DNA of 64,000 nucleotides from Sphaerodactylus townsendi (Eukaryota). The position numbers and the translations under genes were made by a program. The notes under the pieces are model-generated. The model made no database searches. It saw only the letters and a list, made by a program, of their open reading frames with translations, and had not been told where the DNA came from. Positions within the stretch are counted from its first letter, which is position 1, and every line of letters begins with the position of its first letter. Where the stretch lies: assembly GCF_021028975.2 (NCBI RefSeq), contig NC_059432.1, positions 28,210,001-28,274,000 of the forward strand, in the 5' to 3' direction. This document shows positions 49,380 through 61,019 of this stretch, one piece after another.

Positions 49380-52300
49380 GTAAGTCAGGATTCTTTTTGT
49401 TCTGGTAAGATTTCTAATCCTTATTGTTATGATTGCTTGTTTTTTACAAGGCCTGAAACTGGATCCCTGAGCAGGTCCAGTCAAGTTGTTAAGCTGTGGA
49501 CCTTCTTGGTATACTCAGGATCAGTTTGGATGTTCCTCACATGTGGGTCTTCTAGAAGGTCAAAGGGCTTAGATGTGATGAAAGAATCCCCATGTTAACA
49601 TCTGAAGTGGGCAAATAAGTGCGGGATTACTTAAGGTAGGCTTAGAAATAGGAGACTTCTGAACTTTGAGTAAGAAGGTTGTTTAAAACTCAAATCCCTT
49701 TCTGGTCATCCCAGTTATTATTGAACTTCGAATAAACTTTTTTAAAAAACAGCCAAATGGGGATTAGGGGCTCCTTTATAGATCATGTTTCTGTAGCTAA
49801 GTGTAAATTGCTTTTCTTGTGCCCATAAAAGCTGGGATGTTCTCCCATAACAAATGTGCCCTCCTGTCACTCAGGAGTTGGCACTCAGGAACCTTGCTTG
49901 ACTTTGCCATCTAATTTGGCCTTGAGAGTTAAGATCACTCATGCTTCTACTGGTTGGCTGAAATCAGTAGGCCTTGGTCAAAGAAACATATTTGGTATCA
50001 ATCTGTAATTCCCTCTTCTCAGACACCCTGTAAGCACAACAGTGTTCTTGGCAGATCTTGATTGCTTCAGAGGTGCAGAGGACTTTTTTTGGTGAGTTAC
50101 ATTCTGCAACTTCCACCAGTTGAGCATTGCAAAAAACTATTTACAGGCAGAAGACAAACACATTAAAAGAGATGAATGTGACTGTGACAAATCCCTCCCT
50201 CCATGCTTTTTTTGGGGGGTAGGGGAGGTTGCAACAGGAGCCATGAGGCAGGGAAACTTTTTCCTATAGTTGCTGTTTCATTTGCAATAGGTAGGATTCA
50301 CTCCCTTACATCTTGTTGTAAGCATTTGTATCTGTGTCCCCAGCAACTTGTTTCTGTTTGCTCCTAGGATGTTGGTGACTAAAGGAAAAGTGGTGTTTGC
50401 AACACAGGATTCTTCTCCCTATGATGTTGCATTGGTAGAACTGGAAGAAGGTTCCTTCACATTTGTAAAGCCTGTCCTAGCCAACAAGTTCTATGAAGGT
50501 AGGTGTTAGCTGATCCAGAGAGGTAAAGTTACTGGAAATTTTCAAGCCGTGAGCAAAACTTCCACCCCCAGTCCCATTTTCTTTTTTAAGAAATGGGGAA
50601 ATAGAATTTTTGAGGGGAACTGAAATATGTAATGAAATGACTAAACTGAAGCTTTCATTGGGGTGCTGTGTGGTTTCCGGGCTGTATGGCCGTGTTCTAG
50701 CAGCATTCTCTCCTGACGTTTCGCCTGCATCTGTGGCCGGCATTTTGCTACGTTTGAAAGGACCTACTGCTTGCACATATTTTTGGAGGGCCAGTTTGGC
50801 ATACATTCTCTGTCTCTCTCTTTTAAATATATGTGCTGAGGAGAGAAGCAGCAAGGCAAATGTGAGGTTGTTCAACTGGGCCAGGGGTCTGCAACCTGCG
50901 GCTCTCCAGATGTTCATGGACTACAATTCCCATCAGCCCCTGCCAGCATGGCCAATTGGTGGAATTTGTAGTCCCTGAACATCTGGAGAGTCACAGGTTG
51001 CAGACCCCTGGCTGGGCAAATTGCTTCTTTTTAGCACAGGTGGAGCCTTCTTCCTGTCACATGACTGTAATACTGCAGCTTAATGTGACCCATGTTTCCA
51101 TATGGGGTTAATGTTGGGTCCTGGGTTTTGCAAATAGTGGAGAATCTGTTTTCCTCTGCCCTCCTGGATGAAACATCTGAGCAAGATGATTGGAGCTGGA
51201 AGGAGTAGACTGCAATGGGAACCCTTCCTTCCTTTGAGGAAGAAAAGGAATTCCTGTGTCTCCACATGCAGCAAGAGAAAGGAGAATGCTTCCAAGACAC
51301 ACATCTGTCTTTCTCCAAACCATCACCTGACCTTCTTAGGAATGTTCCAAGGAAGGGCACAGAGATTATGTGGGCTTGTTGCATTTCACTTTCGTTCTGC
51401 TCTTCTCCCATGGACTTTGAGGTGTCACAGCCTGTCACTTGCAATATGACCCAACCCAGACTTGTTCACATTCAGTTAGACTGCCACCCCCCACCCCCAT
51501 GTCCTGGGACCTGTCTTGCTGGGATACTGCAGTCGCTGCTGCTCTGCAGTCTACACATCCTGTGAAATTCTGCTGTTTCTAGAGGATTAGGGGCCAGGAG
51601 CTTCTTGCCAAACAGCTCTAGACCTGACAGAACATTCACTCTTCCTCCTGGGATAAATGAGAGGATAGTTGTGTGCAAGTGAGTGGCCCTTCATTGACAA
51701 ACTAATTCAACCCAAATAACTGGATGTGAATTCCCCAGCTCCCTACTGATTTGCCTCTAGGGCTTGCTTCCAGCCAAGTGGCTGATTCCCTTGGATGGAA
51801 GCAGACATGGTGTTTTCATTGGACACATGAGAATTTTTACGAGGAGGGAAAAGCACGATTGTAAACAGGCGGAGCAGATGTCCCAGCTGCCAGGTGCCTG
51901 CCTGCATCGCTAGTTTCAGGCTAATGTTTCCCCTTATGCTTATAGTTGTATGATTTCTCATGGGAATCTCACAGCAGCCTAGGAGCTGGTTTGCATAATC
52001 GAGAAGAAATTAAATCCTGAAACTCTAGTGCATTCTCACGGAAATCATTATGAAGGACCAAGTGACCTGAAATCCATCCCTTTTGTCCAAGAGCCACTTG
52101 CTCATTGCACAGCAGTGTGGCGAAACCCCATCTGCTCCCTCTTATTCATTGCAAAGCAGCCTCTGGAGAGAGAGCTTGCCCCTTCTCACTCCTACTAACT
52201 CAGGGGTCTGCAACCTGCAGCTCTCCAGATGTTCATGGACTACAAATCCCATCAGCCCCTGCCAGCTTGGCAAATTGGCCATGCTGGCAGGGGCTGATGG

Positions 52301-54554
52301 GAATTGTAGTCCATGAACATCTGGAGAGCCGCAGGTTGCAGACCCCTGTACTAGCTGTTTCCCATTCTGGCTTCAACACAGCTGCTTCCCCTCCCAGCCA
52401 GAGTTCCAGATCTGTTCTTTCTGAGTATAGCAGGGGTCTGCAACTCCGCCAGCTCTCCAGATGTCGAGTGGATTATCATCAAGCCCCCCTGCCAGCATGG
52501 CCAATTGGCCATGCTGGCAGGGGCTGATGGGATTTGTAGTCCATGAACATCTGGAGAGCAGCAGGTTGCAGTCCCGTGATAGGGAGGATCCTCACTGCTC
52601 CCCCTGAATCCTGCTTGGGCCAGTCACAGGTCTTTCAGCAGTCTCTCAGTCCTACCCACCTCACAGAAGGCCTGTTGAGGGGAGAGGAGGGGATTGTGAT
52701 TGCTTTGAGACTCCTCATAGTAGAGAAAAGTGGGGCATTAAAACAAACTCTTCTTCTTAACTCTCAGGTAAGGGCCAAACCAAACACTGGGAGTTCCGTG
52801 CCTGCAGCTCCCCACCGTCTTTCAGAATTCAATTGCCAGATAAGTGGAGACATGATTTGGGTTGTAATTGTAGGGCAAGGGCAGAGTTGATTCCTCCCTT
52901 TGCCTTTCTCCCATCTAGAATAGCCCTGCGGGTCTGTTGTGTTGGTGAATCACAGCTAAGAACAGGAAAGTTGTACTGCTTGGGAGTACAGAGGCTTCAA
53001 TTCTTGTGCTGTTGTCCCAGTCTGAATTGGGTGGGGGGGATGCTGATTGACATTTTAAAATAATTGCTTAGAGCTCCTGGCATGGAACTCCCAGAGTTTT
53101 GCCGTACATGTTCTTAAGAATCCCCCTTTGAGGGCAGGGAATGCACCTGAAGAGGGTCAGTTTGTTTCAGAGTATTTTCGGTAGCTGGGGGGTGGGGCGC
53201 AATTGAGTCAAGTGGCTGAGTCTGTTGGTCCAGAGTGCATTGTGTCTTCTGTGCCCTGTGACTTTTTATTTTTAATATTATTTATTAGATTAAACATCCT
53301 GCTCCCTCTCTCTCCCTTTTTTGCTTTTTTCCATTTTAGGCAGAGTCTATTTGTGTTCAGCTGTGGTATTTGCTGAAGGATATCACCGACCCTTAAACTC
53401 TTTCCACTTGAAAATCTTGCTCTCCCCTCTTTCCCATTGTTGGGAAGGTGGCTGAATACCCACTACATATGTTCTTTGTGTAACTTTGGCTGTTTGTGTC
53501 TTTCCTTCCATCAGGAGAAGATGTCAGCATGGTTGGATTTGGTGCCTTTGGCCAGGCCTGCGGCCCATCAGTAACTTCGGGGATCTTGTCAGCGGTCATC
53601 AGTGTGGACCAGAAGCCTGTGATGCTTCAGGCAACCTGCGCTGTCCACGCTGGCTCAAGCGGAGGGGCTCTCTTCTCCACACACAGTGGGAAGCTTCTCG
53701 GTATATTGCCGCGTTCTCTTCTTCCTTACTTCCCTGGGCCAGTGTAGAAATTAGTACTGATGTAGAACTCGTTGCTTGGAGAATTGCTGCTTTCTTTTAA
53801 GGAAGGCAGGTTTCTAGCTCTTCGTTTGTAAAATTGAAAAGTACAATGGCAGTGTTCCCAAAGATCGGGGGTTGAGTCTTCCCTCACGTTGAGCAATATA
53901 AATATACCAGATACCAGGGATTGAGTTCTGTATTTTAATGCTACGTATGCAGTTTAATAATATGCAACCAAAACTCTGCCTGCACATCCATTTCTCCCTT
54001 ATAGAAGGGAAGGCTGATCACTTGTATTTACCTTTGTAAAGTCAAATGTGTTTTCATCGTGGTGGTTGCGCGTCTCAATACTTTGTTTTCTGTCAGTGTA
54101 ATTAGTTCTTCATGGCAAGCGATCCAGTGGGGATCTTGGCACATCTCAGTTACTCTGATCTTGTATGAATTAGCTCCAAGAGACTGCAGAAGAATGAATG
54201 TTTTGTCTTCTCTGGTGGAATCGCTCTGCAGTCTCATATTTGGTGCAGAGCAGGTGCCATACTTTGCCGCAGCCTTCTTTTGCATCGGGTCTTGAAAGCT
54301 GGTGGCATATTAAAACTTTGTTTCCCCCAATTCCAGGTATTGTTGCCAGCAACACAAGGGACAAGAGCATCGGAGCCACCTACCCCCACCTGAACTTCAG
54401 CATCCCCATTACAGTCTTGCAGCCAGCTCTTCTGGAGTACATCCGCAGCGGGGACCTGCGTGGCTTCCAGGAACTGGACAGGGTGGCTGGCAGGGTCCAG
54501 GTGGTCTGGAGGCTCCAAAGAGAGCCTGGGGAAATGCCACTCAGCAAGCTCTGA
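48238..54554 (+). CDS. TYSND1: Peroxisomal leader peptide-processing protease TYSND1, 4 coding exons, 558 aa
   Basis: join(48238..49379,50368..50498,53515..53700,54337..54554) = 1677 nt. Two trypsin-like domains (GSPFGSFCPDIFMNTLSKG, TDARCLPGTEGG; triad TCRH, PYD, GSSGG) and C-terminal PTS1 SKL. Start chosen at TCCATGG by Kozak context and similarity to the mammalian N-terminus. Confidence 0.95.
50368..50498 (+). CDS. TYSND1: TYSND1 coding exon 2
   Basis: MLVTKGKVVFATQDSSPYDVALVELEE...KFYE; flanked by AG and GT. Confidence 0.93.
50882..51010. mobile_element. Palindromic hAT MITE
   Basis: CAGGGGTCTGCAACCTG...CAGGTTGCAGACCCCTG. Confidence 0.85.
52201..52348. mobile_element. Palindromic hAT MITE
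   Basis: Same TIRs; TSD TACTAACT / TACTAGCT (7 of 8 match). Confidence 0.88.
52431..52578. mobile_element. Palindromic hAT MITE
   Basis: Same family; central palindrome CCAGCATGGCCAATTGGCCATGCTGG. Confidence 0.8.
53515..53700 (+). CDS. TYSND1: TYSND1 coding exon 3
   Basis: EDVSMVGFGAFGQACGPSVTSGILS...CAVHAGSSGGALFS. Confidence 0.94.
54337..54554 (+). CDS. TYSND1: TYSND1 coding exon 4
   Basis: IVASNTRDKSIGATYPHLNFSIP...VWRLQREPGEMPLSKL-TGA. Confidence 0.95.
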
Positions 54555-55353
54555 AGATCTTCCGCTTGGTGAAGAAAAGGAAGAACCTGCAGATGTAGAG
54601 GATGAGCTTGCAGTGGGCACTGTTTTAAATTACTGGGCAACCCATGGTGCTTAGGGTTATACTTGAAATTCTTTAAATAGTCTTCTGAGAAGGTAGATGA
54701 TGCATTTTCGGTGGGGCTTGCCTTCCCTTGCTTTTGTTCTGACTTCCCATCATGCCTTTGTTCTGCACTCTTCCCACTCTACTCTCACTCAGCCAATCAA
54801 AACATCCTCTGCTCCTGATTGCTTCTCATGCCCAGAACTGTTCAAAGTCTCTCCTGTCCCATTAAAACCCCACTAATCCTTTGGCTCAAATCCTTTAATC
54901 ATCTTACCTTTCGATTGAAATATGGGTTTATTTTCAGCAGTTGTTGAAAAGTCGATTGTGAGGTTCTCCAGGCAGGGATCCCTTTTATTTAAGATTCTTG
55001 CTGTACATTGAACAAATCACTGGGCCAGGGTGGCCAAACTTGCTAAACTTTGAAAGTTCTGGAGCCAAAGATGTTTCTGTGCCTTTGAAAAAAAACCAAT
55101 GCCCCATCTTAAAGCAATGTTAAGACGGTACTTATTGATCATTTGACCGTTTCATATCTTAGGAAGACAAAATCTCAGTCCTTCATACAAAAAAGATTTT
55201 CAGAATTAACATCCCTGGGTGATCCTTTCATCTATAAAATAAAGGAGAAAAGAGACCTGAAGAGTTGTTTCAGTTCGTGAAATGTATGTCCTACGATGGC
55301 AATAAGGGGAAAGAATACAGTAGACCTTGCCTGGATTTGCAATACTAAATTAT

Positions 55354-55442
55354 TGGCATCTAACTAAGTTATGTCACACTGTGCCTTTGTTCCTGTGCCC
55401 TTGGCCTTTTGGCACAGTTTGACATAATTTAGTTAGATGCCA
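55354..55442. repeat. Inverted repeat: 32-bp arms, 25-nt loop
   Basis: TGGCATCTAACTAAGTTATGTCACACTGTGCC (55354-55385) versus GGCACAGTTTGACATAATTTAGTTAGATGCCA (55411-55442), 2 mismatches. Confidence 0.9.
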
Positions 55443-57164
55443 TGTCTTAATAAGAAATCTTTTGGCCAAAGGGTGGGGACATGCATTCTTTTAGCTTGTA
55501 TGCTGTATAGAAGTAGCACAGCTGGGTGAACACCCCTGACCACTGAAACCTCATTGCTCTAATCTGAAAGCAGCATAGTTCTTAGAGTGGCTGACCAGAG
55601 TTTGCAAATCTCCACACTGCATGGAAGCTCCCTTGGTGAGCCTAACAAGGATACAAAGAAGAGGTGAGAAAACCACATAGCATTCCCACTAGGGAGAAAA
55701 GCGGGGTATAAACAAACTGGACAACTGCTCTCCACAGCATGCGATCGTATGTTCTGAATCTGTAATCCTATTCATGCTCACTCAGGAGCAGGCTGTGGTT
55801 AACGTAATAGGATTTACTTCTACGTATGCTGCTTTTTTGCCTTCAAGTCACAGCTGAATATTGGTGGCTCCGTAGGGTTTTTGAGGCAAGAGATGTTCAG
55901 GGGCAGTTTGTCATTGGCTGCCTCTGCATTGCGACCCTGGACTTCCATCTAAGTACTAGCCAGGGTTGAGACTGAGAGAGTATGTGAATGGCTCAAGGTC
56001 ACCTAGGAAGCTTCCATGGCACAAGCGGGGATTTGAACCTGGGTTTTCCAGGTACCAGTGCAGCACCTTAACCACTGTACTACGCTGACTCCCCTAAGTA
56101 TGCATACCTGTTTCTGTGTAACCGTGCATAGGTAAGCTCTGTTGGAATCCACCTAGTTGCCAGGTAAACATGCATAGCATCAGGCTGTGAACATTTTCCC
56201 CTCTTTGCAAACTGATTCTTCCTTTCTTTTGCTGGTAGCAACAGGTGCGGGTCTCCCATCTACCTTGCCCCCCTCCAGAATAGGCCAGTTGGGGAGGGAA
56301 GTGAAGTAAGCAGAATAAGTGAGGGTGAAGTCCTCCACTGCTCATTTGATTCCTTTATTCATGTCAGGCTTCCAACACCTTTTTCAAAAAGCGTCGTGAG
56401 ACCCTGGGACACTCCCCATTTCAGTACCACAGCCAATCACAGCTGTGGAACAAGGAGGCAATGTGAGAGAGTGAAGAGCTACTCTCTGTGCAAAGCAAAA
56501 TGAGCAATCATTGAGGAGGAAGGAAATGTGGAAGCTTCTAAGTGTGTGAAGCTGCAAACTACACTGTTCCTGTCAAACAGCTTTCTGACTCCTGAGTTAC
56601 TGTTTGGCCACCCCTGAAACAAAGGTTAGGTGCTCCATGTTTTTTGCGAATGGCTCCTGTGTTTCAAGCAATGATCGCCATCTGTTGCCTAGGAACAATG
56701 CTCCCTTCCATTTCACATTGTCCAATTTTTTAAAAATTAAATTTTTGAACATTGCTGCTTGTGCTTTCTTGGTGAGTCTAAAAAGTGCCTCAGCAGAGAC
56801 TAGAATTTTTGGCAATCTTCTACGTTTGCATTACTTTTCATATGGTTTTTTGACTCTTCCAAGGGCCCTCAAAGTGGCCCTTTTTCTGGTCAGTTTGGTT
56901 TCCCACCCTGACTTCAGAAAATCATCTGAAAGGAAACATGAGAGCTAAATCCAGAATGAGCCAGCAGATACTAAGTGCTTGAAAACAAGAGATCTACAAA
57001 CAGAATGTGTATGTGTGGATCCTACAGACACCAATGGCTTCTCAGAGTCCTGGCTTCTCTTCCCATGGTACTATTCAAGCATTACCTCTCCCAATCTGTG
57101 TTCATGTATTTTTTTAAAAACACAGAAGCAGATATGAGGCAGTCTTCTGTACCTCTGAGCACGT

Positions 57165-57400
57165 AAAAAGGCAAAGGCAAGCACCAGGCCTCACTGACCC
57201 ATGGAGTGACATCACATCACAACGTTTTCTAGACAGACTACGTTTATAGGGCGATTTGCCATTGCTTTGCCCAGTCATCTACACTGGGTACAGATTTCAC
57301 TGATCTCGGAAGGATGAAAGGCTGGGTAAACCTTGCGCTGGCCCCCTAAAACCGACTTTTGTTGGGATCAAACTCATGAGCAGAGCTTAGATTACTGTAG
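57165..57400. mobile_element. Sauria-type SINE (degenerate)
   Basis: AAAAGGCAAAGGCAAGCACCAGG..GGAGTGACATCACATC..CCAGTCATCTACAC. Confidence 0.6.
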
Positions 57401-57705
57401 TCCTGAAACCTTTTTGAGCATACCAACCTTTTTGAGTTTCATTCCAGTGCGGATGTTGCAGGGCCTTGAGTAAAATATCCAAAAGATATAAGAGCTAGGC
57501 AGGCTTTCCAGCACAGGGGGTGGGGGGTGAGAGGAGCTTGCATCTGTAACCCTGCTCTGTCTTACACTGGTATTCTTAGCCTTTCCTCTTACTTCTGTTG
57601 AAGGCAGAGAGATTTCTTTCTATCCTTGTTCAGCCCTTGCAGTTTTGGCAATTCAACTGTGTGAGGAGACTGTGTGCTGTGCACAGTTCTCTCAATATAC
57701 ATGGT

Positions 57706-57904
57706 TACCATTTTGCATGAGTAAGATGGTGTGCCTGATTCCCTTCCAGCTGATTCCAGCTTCCCTTCGTGCAATGAGATTCCAGCTTCTCACTCAGCCA
57801 ATCAAAACATCCAGCCATCAATACTGTTCATACCATTTTGCATGAGTAAGATGGTGTGCCTGATTCCCTTCCAGCTGATTCCAGCTTCCCTTCGTGCAAT
57901 GAGA
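57706..57904 (+). repeat. 74-bp exact direct duplication with a 51-bp spacer
   Basis: 57706-57779 is identical to 57831-57904 (TACCATTTTGCATGAG...CGTGCAATGAGA). Confidence 0.92.
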
Positions 57905-58386
57905 GACCCAGATTTTTCAGTGGCACACTTGCACACTCTACAGCCAGAAAATATCCAGGTTGTCCTAGTCTTATAAAATGATGACCCGTGTTTATTGGGA
58001 GGATCACAGGAAAAGTGATGCTGGAAAGCCAAAAGCGAAAATCATAATGGCTGAAGCCAAAATAACAGCTGAAGAGGACTTCTGGCATTTGGTACACTTC
58101 CAAGTCCATACTTCTGTCTTCTTAGTTGTCTGAGAAGGTGAGGTTGAGGTCGAAATAAATTTGACTGCCTTTGTTTCTGATCAAAGCTCTTGCCTGCTTC
58201 CCAAGCCATAATGAATGAAGATTCTGGCAGTGTTGGGCTCTCTTCAACAACTGATGTGTGGAGGCCTTCTGTATGTCAAGGAATTCTTGCTTTTCAGTCA
58301 CTCTTTTGCTGATTTTCGGTTGGCTCAGACGTGTATGAAATTTAAATTTTCACCCCCATTTACTCTTTTTTAACATTTAATCTTAG

Positions 58387-58401
58387 CCACCAGAGGGCAG
58401 C
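58387..58401 (+). promoter_or_regulatory. CTCF motif
   Basis: CCACCAGAGGGCAGC matches the CTCF core consensus. Confidence 0.65.
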
Positions 58402-60369
58402 ACGTTTAGAACCTGATCTTTCCTTGGGTTATTGATTGCCTACTATTGTCTAGATGGGATGCTAGCAAAATTTGTGACTAGCTCTATAGTAGAGATGCTC
58501 TACAAGACAAACACCTTGCTTCCATTCAGAAATACTCCCCATGGTTCTCCTGCGTCAAAAAGGACAAATGTTATGCACAATATCTCACAAAATCAAGGGA
58601 AGTCCTAAGGAAATCCAGTCTACTTCCCTGAGAGCACCAGAATGCGTTTAAAGTCCAGAATAATTGATTGGGGTAGATATGCTAAAACACCAAAAGAGTG
58701 TATGCAGATGAAGTTTAAACTGGAGTGAATTTTACATAATACACTACACAATTTCCCATTGCCCTTACCTAAGTATTCATAGGTGTACAAGATATATCAT
58801 GTCAGTTCATAGGTAGCGAGGAAGAGAAAGCTTGTTTTCTGATAAAGGTGGACATGTATGTTGAGGTTACATTCAAAGTAACGAGACTCATATTTTTAGA
58901 AGTGAAACAAAATCAACAGAGTAAACGCTTAATCTAGTTGTTCTAAAACATACAAGCTTTGTTGTAATAAAAGATGTTTCAGAAAAACCTTTATAATTAC
59001 AATCAGATCCTGCTATGAGTAAATATATGATACTTGCTTCGGTAACTTAACACTATTAGAACTGTAATGCTTCTACACTCTAAAGCTTGAAAAAATCCTC
59101 ACAATGTGTTTTATATTTTTGTAAACTGTGGGGAGTAGGGCTTTGGTTGAAGTATCTGTTTATATGTGTATGGCCTATGGCTAATAAACATTGAATTGAA
59201 TACTATTGTCTTTAATATATATTTTTTTAAACCCAAGAGCCCTGCATCAGCTACATGCTCAGTGTATGGTTCCATGCCTTACATGGACCCCTCTGCTAAC
59301 CATCCCTCTTTTGTGCCAAACTGAAGTACATTTGGCTGTGTATAGCCTTTAAAAAAAAGGATGGGAAAATGCAAGGCTGCCTCTGTAAAAATGACTCCTC
59401 CATAGCCTGCACCATGAAAATATTCTTGAAATTTTCCCACAGGTCTGAAATTGACTAGACCTAAATGTAATATGGACTAATCAGTTTCACATGAATCTGC
59501 CTTATCATTGACTGTCGTATCAAGTTATTTCACATGAATTCAATCTGTTCAAGTATCTGCCTTATTGATTGTAGTGAAAAAAGTATTTTTCAATCTAATC
59601 AAGTTCGCTACTTAAGAATCTCTTTGAATATCCAACAGAAAGACAGAATCAGGAGAAACTGACAAGGCAGGGTATGAACGTAGCAAAAGAGCGCTCTTGC
59701 ACAACGAAGAGACTCCCTGAGCTCCAGAACCATTTCTCTCAAAAGTAAAAATTCCACTTTATTTGGACTTTTGACAGGTATGTAATACACAGAAGCAGAA
59801 TATTTCACAGCACAGGTTTGCTGCTCTCTCTCTCTCTCCGGAATGTTAACTTCTCCAGCCTCGTTACTGCTGCTTAGGTTAGCTACTTGAGTTAAAAGCC
59901 ATACAGACCCGAGTTAGGGAACTGCACGAAAGCAACCCACAGTATTGAGTCTTGCAAATACAGAGACAGAAGAGGTTAGTGCGTTGATGGGGCTAGAGTG
60001 GCAGGAGGAGAAGGGAAGCGGAAAACACAGATCCGGGCAAGGGATCGGTCTTCTCTCAGAGCGGTTTTCAATCATTCCCTGCACATGTGAGGTTCAGGAG
60101 CTTCTACTTCGTTGGTAATCCCCCTTTGTGTCTTGCTGCATGGAAAGCGAAACAGACGAGAGAAATTATCCTAGGAACCTTCCTGCACATCTCGAAAGAA
60201 CCTCCAAAACGGTGCAGAATTAAAGATACAAAAATACGTAAAACTCCCCCCTCACCCAGCCTCTTCTCTTTCACTGTCTGTGTATTGTTCTGATTGTAAA
60301 GCAGGGGGATTCTTTCCTCACATTGCAACTTTCAACTGGCCTTCCTGTTTACTTTAAAATGCACGGGCC

Positions 60370-60500
60370 AATTTGGATTTATATCCCCCCTTTCTCTCCC
60401 AAAAGGAGACTCAAGGTGGCTTACAAGCTCCTTTCCCTTCCTCTCCCCACAACAAACACCCTGTGAGGTGGGTGGGGCTGAGAGAGCTCCATAGAACTGT
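60370..60500 (-). mobile_element. tRNA-derived SINE 3' part
   Basis: TTTGGATTTATATCCCC..GGAGACTCAAGGTGGCTTACAAGCTCC..GTGGGGCTGAGAGAG, as in 30901-31193. Confidence 0.7.
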
Positions 60501-61019
60501 GCTTCTGAAATCTATTTTCAACTGAAAAGACTGTTTCTAGATCAAGAATGCCAAACCCTGCAGGACAAAGCTCGAAGCAATCGTTCTGTCCCCCTCCACT
60601 ACAGCATTAAATTTAAAATTAATCAGATGGCAGATTATCTGACCCTACTTTCTGACCCTAAATAGAGGGGGGCAATTTCCAGTGTGCACTATTAAAGTGC
60701 AGGCTTCTCCCATAGGGTTCACGTATATAGACCGTACTCAGAGATGCTATGCAGACACCTACTGGGGACCCAGATATAAAAAGCGTACATAGAGACAGTG
60801 GACTCACATTATTCCTAGATGCCGTGCAAACCTCCCCCCAGAGGGAGAAGTGTCATTTGTACAGCTGAGACTCAGCTAAGAACCCTCCTCCTTATTAATC
60901 TCACCCCTGTGTCATTGGCCCCAAAGGACTTTAACATCTTTAGCTGCTCAGAGGCCTGTGATTGTGTGCTTATTGAATGGGGCCAATGTCTTTGCTGCCC
61001 CAATGTCTTTCTCCGCTAT

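Noticed and set aside
47509-49383. 624-aa ORF as a single-exon protein
   Set aside because: Its 5' part runs through a MITE and the promoter, and its stop lies in the splice donor; only 48238-49379 is supported as TYSND1 exon 1.
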